Assembly (NCBI GenBank): GCA_046759165.1
Contig: JBHIBS010000039.1
Location: forward strand, 1 to 13,458
Length of the DNA: 13,458 bases
Direction of reading: 5' to 3'
From: a bacterium
Lineage (GTDB): Bacteria; UBA6262; WVXT01
Part shown: in pieces, positions 1 through 6,440 of the stretch
Numbering within the stretch: the stretch's first letter is position 1
Layout: the number at the start of each line of letters is the position of its first letter
The notes under the pieces: model-generated
Told to the model about the DNA's origin: nothing
The model's input: only the letters and a program-made list of their open reading frames with translations
Databases searched by the model: none
Translations under genes and position numbers: made by a program

Positions 1-21
1 GGGACAAGCCCCTACACTACC
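1..21. repeat. Partial GTAG-type REP-like palindromic element (cut by the window edge)
   Basis: gggacaagcccctacactacc (1-21) is identical to 10393-10413, the right half of a complete palindromic element. Confidence 0.75.
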
Positions 22-1172
22 TCAAGTTCTCTTGACCAGCGCCGATAATCTTTGAGCCGCCAATCTTTTTTTGAACCTTCTCTTTTCATAGCCAAGTCTC
101 TAATTCCACATTTTGCCTCAGCGCAGTTGAGGCAGTCTCCTCGACAATCTGTAGCTGGAACGAACTTTTCCTTTTCTCTCCTGTAAACAGGTATGTCAAC
201 CCCTTCGCAATTTCTTGAACTGGTAAATTCTCGATTTAGACCTCTGGGTTTCCCATCAATGAGTTCATATTCCATACACAAAGCAAAGGTCATATCCGAA
301 TTTTCACAAATGTTTCGTAAAGTATCGAATATCTTCTTACGATAATCTATCTTTGCGTTGAGATAACCGTCAATATTCTCTACATACAGTTTTATGTAAT
401 CAAATTCTGTTCCCGGTCCAAAAAAGGCCTTTATTTTATCGAGAACTTCCTTATGAATCTTAAGGGGGATGTCGAGGAGACTGGCAATTATGTGTTTAGC
501 TCCTGAATCTTTTGCCCTGTTAATCAATTGTCGAAAATCCCCCTTCTTATCTGTAAGATAAGGGAATATAGGGTCTATTCGACAGACCGCATAAATTGAT
601 TTCTTTGCCATTCTCTCAAGATTTCTAAATAGGACATCATTGGAAGCCCCTCGAGGTGCTAAAATCTTCCTTAAATTTTCGCTTATGGTCAGAAAAGATA
701 CTTGCCCGAATGAATGTTTCTGCTCTTTTATTAGCTGGATCGCTTCCTCAGGAACTTCTGCCTTAGTAATAAATTCTATGGGAATATTTCTTTCTATAAA
801 GACTCTGATTATTTTTTCGGAAAGACGATAAAGGTTGTTCACAGGCTGAAATGGGTCGGTTACTGGAGAGAGGTAACCGCAGGAAGCAACATCAATGGAA
901 TCGAGTTGGTCTGAAACAATTTTGTCGAAGTGTTTAGCAACAATGATTACATTTTGTTTTCGGAAGGTCTGAAAGTGGCCGGGGAATGCTAATGAATAGC
1001 AGAAGAAGCAACCTATCCCGCAACCATTGTAGGGGTTGATGAGCATTCTTTCTGAAGTGCATTCTCTCTTTCCAGGCCACCATCCGTGAAGTTCTTTCTT
1101 GGTGGGTAGCACCACGTGCTTCTGTGGTTCTTCAATAACCTCATACTCTTTCCCACCAATTGAGATGTTCAT
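12..1172 (-). CDS. Radical SAM protein, spore photoproduct lyase (SplB)/Rv2578c-like family, with a C-terminal Cys-rich extension
   Basis: INPYNGCGIGCFFCY (NPYxGCxxxCxxCY) cluster motif, plus SPVTDPFQP, FITK and RIDPIFP segments typical of SPL-like radical SAM proteins. Extra C-terminal CRGDCLNCAEAKC. Confidence 0.88.
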   Translation of the reverse strand: MNISIGGKEYEVIEEPQKHVVLPTKKELHGWWPGKRECTSERMLINPYNGCGIGCFFCYSLAFPGHFQTFRKQNVIIVAKHFDKIVSDQLDSIDVASCGYLSPVTDPFQPVNNLYRLSEKIIRVFIERNIPIEFITKAEVPEEAIQLIKEQKHSFGQVSFLTISENLRKILAPRGASNDVLFRNLERMAKKSIYAVCRIDPIFPYLTDKKGDFRQLINRAKDSGAKHIIASLLDIPLKIHKEVLDKIKAFFGPGTEFDYIKLYVENIDGYLNAKIDYRKKIFDTLRNICENSDMTFALCMEYELIDGKPRGLNREFTSSRNCEGVDIPVYRREKEKFVPATDCRGDCLNCAEAKCGIRDLAMKREGSKKDWRLKDYRRWSRELEVV

Positions 1173-1217
1173 TGGTTCCCGTAAGACAAAGCCAGTAGGG
1201 AGGAGACGGATTACTAC

Positions 1218-1253
1218 GAGATTGCCACGCTCCTTTCAGTCGCTGGCAAAGAT
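1218..1253. repeat. GATTGC...GCAATGAC-type palindromic repeat, copy 1 (degenerate)
   Basis: gattgccacgctcctttcagtcgctggcaaaga aligns with gattgccacgctcattttgagtcgcttgcaatga at 3474-3507 and has ttgcca...tggcaa inverted arms. Confidence 0.65.
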
Positions 1254-1268
1254 AGAGGTATAACTGCT

Positions 1269-1334
1269 CTATAATTTCTTTTTCTTCTTTTTTGGCTTTT
1301 TCTTCTCTCTCTTCGTCGGTATTTTCCCTGGCAT
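1269..1334 (-). CDS. Small Lys-rich protein, 21 aa (MPGKIPTKREKKKPKKKKKKL), not in the ORF track
   Basis: ATG lies 1 nt after the upstream TAG and is preceded by the SD-like GAGGTGGTGA. The frame is open to TAG at 1271-1269. 12 of 21 residues are K/R, encoded by mixed AAA/AAG codons. Confidence 0.6.
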   Translation of the reverse strand: MPGKIPTKREKKKPKKKKKKL

Positions 1335-1335
1335 A

Positions 1336-1809
1336 CTATTCACCACCTCTTTGCCCAAGCTTTTCCATTAAGATAGGAAGATTAATAATATCCTCTTTAT
1401 TATATTCGAGCAACACTTGAAGCGCCTGTCGGTTATTTTCTTCTTCGTATTGGTACCATAGTTCCATAGCTATCCAACCATTTACATCTTTCAGGCGCCT
1501 TTCAATTCCCAGCATCTGTTCAATCTTCTTCAGCCCGCCATAAAGATTTCTTTGCCAGCAGTCATACATCAGGTCACACGTTGCAAAATACTCATCTAAG
1601 TCTATACCCAACTTATCTTTTATGATAGGGATATCGAACCTGCTTCCGTTGTAAGTGTAAATGGTGGTTATTTCCTTGAGACTGGCAAGCAAGTTTGGCC
1701 TGGTAATTTCTCTTCCCACCAACTGAACTATTGTGCCATCCCCGCGATAAATTCCCAGAACAGTTATCTCTCCCTCAAATGAGGTCTCAATGTCCAGAAA
1801 AGCTTTCAT
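1336..1809 (-). CDS. YprB-like RNase H-fold (RNase_H_2/DEDD-type) putative 3'-5' exonuclease
   Basis: Motifs FLDIETS, TYNGSRFDIP, GGLKKIEQMLGIER and LLEYNKEDI. SD GAAATGTGA is weak, but the gene starts 11 nt after the upstream stop. Confidence 0.88.
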   Translation of the reverse strand: MKAFLDIETSFEGEITVLGIYRGDGTIVQLVGREITRPNLLASLKEITTIYTYNGSRFDIPIIKDKLGIDLDEYFATCDLMYDCWQRNLYGGLKKIEQMLGIERRLKDVNGWIAMELWYQYEEENNRQALQVLLEYNKEDIINLPILMEKLGQRGGE

Positions 1810-1820
1810 AATTCACATTT

Positions 1821-2828
1821 CTACCGGAGGAAACATTCTTTTGGGATTCTCTCCATCCCTACTATTTGGGCTGCCCTTTTCACGAAGGCATCAAATCTCC
1901 AACCTTGCCTGTATCCTCCACACCAATCTAAGGAACTGTCAAACTTTTGAAAGAATTCATTTATGCGTTTGATAAATATTTCTCTGATGTACTTGCCAAA
2001 AATTGAGGAAAGAGAAATGGGAAAAATGAACTTATCGCCGGACTTGATAAAACAGAGCTTTAATTCTTTCCCTTTACAGGAAACTGTAAAAATATCCATT
2101 CTCGGCTTTGAAGGAGAAGGCAGAATTTCAAATCTTTCTCCCAAACAACTTAAAATTTTCTTCTTTCCCCACCCATCTATCTTCCCTGAGAAGAAGGAAA
2201 TTTCTTCTTCTCCATAGTTTTCCAGAAATAGATTAATAAGATCACCTATTGTCTGAATCTCAAGGGAGTACTTGTCCAGATTTTTTCCTTCTGCCTTATT
2301 AAGAGCGAAAGGACAAAATATTCTGCTTTTCCAGAAGACGAATTTAATTCTCTTTCTTCTTAATACCTGCCTCAATTTTTCTGAGATATCTTTTATAAAT
2401 TGAATTTCCACTTCCCATGCCGGGAGATTGTAGGGAGCACCATTCCCACAGAGGGAGCTTTTCCAATCTACAGGGGAGTTACTGAGAAGACATCGGCCAT
2501 CTAGAACTATCTCGGAGAAAAAATCGTCATCGAAATCTTGTGGCAATCTCCCATTCAAAAGAGAATAGAAAGCAAGTACTGTAGACTCTCCTAATTCATA
2601 GGTCTTCTGATCATTGCTCTTGTAAAGTTCTTTACTATCACAGACAATAAGACCGGCCTTATCACTTCTATCTCTTGAGACCACTTCTTTGAGTTCATTC
2701 CAGAAGAAATCTTTATTGAAGTCATAACTTCTTTCTGTTCTAAAGGCAGTAGCGGTCACCACCAGAGGTCCCAGCATCCTCTGATTCCGAAAACCTAATC
2801 CATTCTCATCAATTCCCACAATGAGCAT
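1821..2828 (-). CDS. Divergent, enlarged ribonuclease HII-like protein
   Basis: N-terminal IVGIDENGLG...LGPLVV, CDSK, GD...ISLSSIFGKYIRE and GGY match the RNase HII pattern GxDExGxG..GP, DSK, D..v.aASI.AK..R, GY. It is 335 aa, against about 200-260 aa for typical RNase HII. Confidence 0.75.
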   Translation of the reverse strand: MLIVGIDENGLGFRNQRMLGPLVVTATAFRTERSYDFNKDFFWNELKEVVSRDRSDKAGLIVCDSKELYKSNDQKTYELGESTVLAFYSLLNGRLPQDFDDDFFSEIVLDGRCLLSNSPVDWKSSLCGNGAPYNLPAWEVEIQFIKDISEKLRQVLRRKRIKFVFWKSRIFCPFALNKAEGKNLDKYSLEIQTIGDLINLFLENYGEEEISFFSGKIDGWGKKKILSCLGERFEILPSPSKPRMDIFTVSCKGKELKLCFIKSGDKFIFPISLSSIFGKYIREIFIKRINEFFQKFDSSLDWCGGYRQGWRFDAFVKRAAQIVGMERIPKECFLR

Positions 2829-2843
2829 TTCTTAATCTCAAAC

Positions 2844-3335
2844 TCAATATTTTTCCCAGTGGAGGACATCTTTCAGTTTCCTCTTGGGAAGCTTTGGCTG
2901 TTCGTCACTATAGCCCATAGGAATAAGACTGATCAGTCTAAACTCCTGGGGTGCTCCAAGCAGTTGGCGGACTTTCTCTGCATAGGGTTTCTTGTCTCCA
3001 GCCACCCAGCAGGCCCCCAATCCACGTGCGTGAGCAGCTAAGAGCAGGTTCTCTGATGCTGTAGAACCATCTTCCAAGTAGTATTTGGTCTGGCGAGAGA
3101 AAACGGCAATGCAGACAGGAGCGTCTGCAATAAACCTGCCACGGTCAGCCACTTCTGCAATTCTCTTCCTGATTTGCCCTTTGGTGACCACAATGAACTC
3201 TACAGGCTGTATGTTGACTGCACTGGGAGCAAGTCGGCCACAATCGATGATATCTTCAACCACTTCTTTCGAGATAGGCTTAGGCAAAAATTTTCTTTTA
3301 CTCCTTCTGGTCTTCAATGCTTCAATCGCTTCCAC
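2844..3335 (-). CDS. Nitroreductase family flavoprotein
   Basis: TRRSKRKF, LAPSAVNIQP, ENLLLAAHARGLGACW and IPMGY motifs. Start moved from 3353 to the in-frame GTG at 3335, which follows the SD GAGGAG. Confidence 0.92.
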   Translation of the reverse strand: MEAIEALKTRRSKRKFLPKPISKEVVEDIIDCGRLAPSAVNIQPVEFIVVTKGQIRKRIAEVADRGRFIADAPVCIAVFSRQTKYYLEDGSTASENLLLAAHARGLGACWVAGDKKPYAEKVRQLLGAPQEFRLISLIPMGYSDEQPKLPKRKLKDVLHWEKY

Positions 3336-3383
3336 AGTTATTCTCCTCACCAAATATAAACTTTTGAAGATTTCTTGGGTCTT

Positions 3384-3412
3384 ATCTTATATATTTTTCG
3401 AAAAAAAGTCAA
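3384..3412 (-). promoter_or_regulatory. Putative sigma70 promoter for the nitroreductase cluster
   Basis: TTGACT (3412-3407), 17-nt spacer, TAAGAT (3389-3384) on the minus strand. Confidence 0.6.
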
Positions 3413-3446
3413 TATCGCCACAGTGCTACCGAATATTGGAAAATCT

Positions 3447-3508
3447 AATTATGAGCGGGGCGAAGAATCTCCGGATTGCCACGCTCATTTTGAGTCGCTT
3501 GCAATGAC
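3447..3508. repeat. GATTGC...GCAATGAC-type palindromic repeat, copy 2
   Basis: atgagcggggcgaagaatct followed by gattgccacgctcattttgagtcgcttgcaatgac; the right half is shared with 1220-1253. Confidence 0.65.
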
Positions 3509-3580
3509 AAGCTTGGGGTTACCAACTTAAAATATGACGAGAATAGGTAATAGTTCTGGATGCATAGCCCAGAAATAGAA

Positions 3581-3878
3581 AGGCTTGAAGTGAACCTGTA
3601 AGCCGAATTCTGTATCCCGATTGTAAATCGGGACGACGGTTATTTGTCTAAGCGACCAACCCATAGAGTAGTGGCGAGACGGGCCGTCTCTCCTCTGCTA
3701 TTCGGTCTTGCTCCGAGTGGGGTTTAGCCTTTTCACTACAGCATTACCTGTACCTGGTTTCTGTGCCACTTTCCGTGGGATTGCTCCCCTTCCATTTACA
3801 TGGAACACTCTGCCCTGTGGAGTTCGGACTTTCCTCTCCGATAAATATCGGAGCAACCATCCGGTTCACTTCAAGCCT
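3581..3878 (-). ncRNA. rnpB: RNase P RNA, unusually short (~298 nt)
   Basis: CR I GAGGAAAGTCCGAA (3836-3823) pairs with CR V ACAGAATTCGGCTTA (3613-3599) to form P4. Perfect 16-bp P1 (3581-3596/3863-3878). Also present: P2 GGATGGTTG/TAACCGTC, P3, P5 CTCC/GGAG, P7 GAGTG/CACTC, P8, P9 with a GCAA loop, the ACAGAAA and GTGAAA T-loop motifs, P15-P17 and P19. Confidence 0.96.
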
Positions 3879-4007
3879 GTGAATTAGTCTTTGCTCAATA
3901 TAAGGGACACCTTGCTTCCCGGAGCGCTCACGGTCTCGCGCCTTTCCCTCACTTTGTTCGGTCGTCGCTCCTTATTCGTCGCGACCGGCGCCCATTGCAG
4001 AAAATTT

Positions 4008-4586
4008 TTATTTATATGAGTTTTTTATTGCGATATTGGCAAGTTGGTCAGTTAGTCTATTCTCATTCCTACCTATCAGGCGATAGGTCACTTTCTCAAA
4101 CTTACCTTCGAGAGTCTTTGCTTGTTCAGATAGTCTCATTAGGTGTTTGTCGTTTATTCGAAACCTTCCATTCATCTGATTAACCAACAATTCGGAATCG
4201 CTAAATACGTTAACACTTTGCGCTAATAGCTTTTTACTCTCTTTCAATCCCCGAATCAAAGCCTTATATTCAGCCACATTGTTACTTCCTAAACCAATAT
4301 ATTTCTTTACCTCTTTAATTTTCTTCTTTCTCTGATCATAAATAACTACACCAATCCCGGAAGGTCCGGGGTTGGGCGCTGCAGCTCCATCGATGTATAC
4401 CTTGAGATTTCTGTGCTTTTCAACTCCCGGCAAAGACCTTAACATAGAAGCTGCAACAGAGATAGCTTTCCATATTTCCCTATCGGTGAGTCCAGGAAGT
4501 CTCTTCTTCGCCGAGCGAAAAGACTTCTGCTCGGCAAGAGTTTTCAATATCCTGTAGGTCTCCTTCCTTAATTCAGATTCCTTCAC
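4008..4586 (-). CDS. rnhA: Ribonuclease HI (short archaeal-like/Rv2228c-N type) with an N-terminal helical extension
   Basis: YIDGAAAPNPGPSGIG, SNNVAEYKAL, FSDSELLVNQ and ENRLTDQLAN supply the D-E-D-D catalytic set. Start moved to GTG 4586, which overlaps the upstream TGA (GTGA coupling); the ORF track gives 4619. Confidence 0.9.
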   Translation of the reverse strand: MKESELRKETYRILKTLAEQKSFRSAKKRLPGLTDREIWKAISVAASMLRSLPGVEKHRNLKVYIDGAAAPNPGPSGIGVVIYDQRKKKIKEVKKYIGLGSNNVAEYKALIRGLKESKKLLAQSVNVFSDSELLVNQMNGRFRINDKHLMRLSEQAKTLEGKFEKVTYRLIGRNENRLTDQLANIAIKNSYK

Positions 4587-5293
4587 TTTTCTTCCTTCAG
4601 ATATAGTATCCTCAAACAATTTCTACAAGCTACTAGCTCTTCCCCCCTCAAAACATCATTTACAAGCTGCGTCGGTAAGACTATGCTACACCCACCACAA
4701 AATCCATCAACTATTGGAACAACCGCCACTCCGTCTTTCTTTTCCCTTATTCTCTGATAGCTCTTAAAAATTTCCGGGCCGATGCTAGCTATTTTCTGTT
4801 TCTGTTCCGATTCAACCTCCTGTAGATTCTGATTTAGGCGTTGCAATTTATCTTGCAATTCCTTTTGTCCTCTGGTAACCGCTTCTTTCTTCTTAGCGAT
4901 CTCCTCCTTTTTTATCTTCTCTTTGGCAAGGAGGACATCCTCTTCCTCCATCACTGTAAGAACTGTGTCTTCAATTTCATTTTTTAATTTCTTCTCTGCC
5001 TCGATCTCCTTCAGTAATGCAGTGTAAGCTTCGTTCGTCTTTATTGTAAACAGCTCGCTCTGATGCTTCTTAAGTTCTTCCTCTGTGGTCTTGAGCTCGA
5101 GCTCTTTATTTCTCCTCGCTACTTGTAGTTGAGCCATATTCTTTTTTAACTCTTCGAGCGATGCCTGGCTTTCTTCAAATTCTGTTTTCAATCTGTCAAT
5201 TTCCTTGGGAATCTGGTCTATTTCACCTCGAATGCTGTCTAGAAGCGAGTCCACTTCCTGTAATTCAATTAGCCTTTTTAATTGCTCATTCAC
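4583..5293 (-). CDS. Coiled-coil C4-type zinc ribbon protein (DUF164; HP0958/CT398-like)
   Basis: LIELQEVD start, a long coiled coil, KTNEAYTAL, and C-terminal CGGC...CRNCLRILY. Start moved to GTG 5293 after the SD GGAGCAGG; the ORF track gives 5320. Confidence 0.92.
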   Translation of the reverse strand: MNEQLKRLIELQEVDSLLDSIRGEIDQIPKEIDRLKTEFEESQASLEELKKNMAQLQVARRNKELELKTTEEELKKHQSELFTIKTNEAYTALLKEIEAEKKLKNEIEDTVLTVMEEEDVLLAKEKIKKEEIAKKKEAVTRGQKELQDKLQRLNQNLQEVESEQKQKIASIGPEIFKSYQRIREKKDGVAVVPIVDGFCGGCSIVLPTQLVNDVLRGEELVACRNCLRILYLKEEK

Positions 5294-5322
5294 ACCTGCT
5301 CCCCAAAAATAAGTGTCCATTA

Positions 5323-5351
5323 TTTATACCAAATTCTTAGGAGAAAGTCAA
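5323..5351 (-). promoter_or_regulatory. Putative sigma70 promoter for the zinc ribbon-rnhA-rnpB unit
   Basis: TTGACT (5351-5346), 17-nt spacer ending in TGG (extended -10), TATAAA (5328-5323). Confidence 0.55.
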
Positions 5352-5380
5352 CTCGAAAGTTCCTCTAAAGTTCTCTGATT

Positions 5381-6058
5381 TTACCTAAGGTGACCTATGG
5401 GCATAGCAAATAAAGGTTCTATACCTTTTTCGAAATTGAGAGATGTCTTCACAAATTCTTTATCTAAAGAAGCTACAAAGGAAGTGGCCAATTTTAAGGC
5501 CGCACACTGCAAATAAACATTCTCCCCAATTGTTCCTGCTTCTGCGCTAACAAAAGAAAGCTTCCTCTCAATGGAAAAAGTGTCTGGTAATTTTGAGAAA
5601 TCCGCAACAAATATCAGAATAACGGGAGCGGTCTTGACATATTCCTGTGTGCCTATGCCTTCTCGTATATCCCGGTTATCAATAAGTGAGAGAGAATGGT
5701 TTTGAGGAATGTAAAGGAAACTGCCTTCCCCTGTGGCAATATAAACTGAGACCGAATAGCGAGCCATGCATGAAGGAGAAGTAAGCTTCCCATTAGGACG
5801 ATTGACCCCCCTCGCCGCCCACAAGATTTGTCCAATCTGCTTTTCTGTTAATTCTTTTCTCGAAAACCCCTCCTTGCTTGACCGACGAAGATTTAGTGCT
5901 TCTTCAAGACTGACTTTACTTTTTTTCTTAGGGGCAGGTAATATCCACTCTGCTTCCGTGCACTTTGATACTTCTTCAGCACAAGCCCATAGCATTATAG
6001 GTAATCCGACCCCGATGCCAAACCATAACATCACGATTTTGCAGAATGCTCTCTTCAA
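5381..6058 (-). CDS. SagB/ThcOx-like nitroreductase-superfamily protein with an N-terminal signal peptide
   Basis: SLEEALNLRRS, GQILWAARGVN, SPS..ARY, EAGTIGENVYLQ and MPIGH motifs. Start moved to TTG 6058 after a perfect AGGAGG SD; a basic-then-hydrophobic leader follows (MKRAFCKIVMLWFGIGVGLPIMLWAC). Confidence 0.82.
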   Translation of the reverse strand: MKRAFCKIVMLWFGIGVGLPIMLWACAEEVSKCTEAEWILPAPKKKSKVSLEEALNLRRSSKEGFSRKELTEKQIGQILWAARGVNRPNGKLTSPSCMARYSVSVYIATGEGSFLYIPQNHSLSLIDNRDIREGIGTQEYVKTAPVILIFVADFSKLPDTFSIERKLSFVSAEAGTIGENVYLQCAALKLATSFVASLDKEFVKTSLNFEKGIEPLFAMPIGHLR

Positions 6059-6128
6059 TTTAGTCCTCCTTTCAAATAAAATTGTTAGAGTTCCCATTCA
6101 GAAAATAATAAGAACAAAAAGCCGACAC

Positions 6129-6163
6129 AAAAAAGGAGCGACTCTGTATGGAGTCGCTCCTTT
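6129..6163 (-). terminator. Rho-independent terminator, possibly bidirectional
   Basis: 13-bp inverted repeat AAAGGAGCGACTC-N6-GAGTCGCTCCTTT, running into TTTTTTG on the minus strand and TTTCTTT on the plus strand. Confidence 0.88.
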
Positions 6164-6194
6164 CTTTAAAAATACTGTAAGACAGAGATCTTTT

Positions 6195-6272
6195 TTAGCA
6201 CACTCTCTTCCCTTTCTTCTTCTTACCCGCCTTCTTCTTTTTCGTGGCCTTCTTTCTTTTCTTAACTGCCAT
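6195..6272 (-). CDS. Small basic histone H1/protamine-like peptide, 25 aa (MAVKKRKKATKKKKAGKKKKGKRVC), not in the ORF track
   Basis: Very strong SD GGGAGGGGGTGA just upstream of ATG 6272; TAA at 6197-6195; 15 of 25 residues are K/R; it lies between the tRNA and the terminator. Confidence 0.72.
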   Translation of the reverse strand: MAVKKRKKATKKKKAGKKKKGKRVC

Positions 6273-6332
6273 CGATTTCACCCCCTCCCTCTCAAGGACA
6301 CAACCAGAAGTTTAGGATTTAAATATTTAACC

Positions 6333-6404
6333 TGGGCAATGCTGGGCTTGAACCAGCGACCTCTGCCTTGTGAAAGCAGCGCTCTCCCTCTGAGCTAATT
6401 GCCC
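6333..6404 (-). tRNA. tRNA-Val(CAC), CCA not encoded
   Basis: Cloverleaf GGGCAAT-TA-GCTC-AGAGGGA-GAGC-G-CTGCT-TTCACAA-GGCAG-AGGTC-GCTGG-TTCAAGC-CCAGC-ATTGCCC-A; 72 nt, anticodon CAC, discriminator A. Confidence 0.97.
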
Positions 6405-6440
6405 GAAAAGAATTTTCAAATTCAAATCTGTTTTGCAATA

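Noticed and set aside
3554-3575. Hairpin ttctgg-N9-ccagaa downstream of rnpB as a terminator
   Set aside because: The stem is short and there is no U-tract after it on the minus strand.
5381-6272. Basic peptide plus SagB-like enzyme as a RiPP (azole) precursor/oxidase pair
   Set aside because: A strong terminator separates them, there is no YcaO gene, the peptide has only one Thr and one Cys, and the enzyme looks exported.
5766-6398. 210-aa plus-strand ORF
   Set aside because: It is antisense to the SagB-like gene, terminator, basic peptide and tRNA; its tail WAMLGLNQRPLPCESSALPLS is the typical translation of a reverse-complemented tRNA.
6333-6404. tRNA as an integration site for an island or prophage
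   Set aside because: I found no duplicated tRNA 3' end and no integrase in the window.
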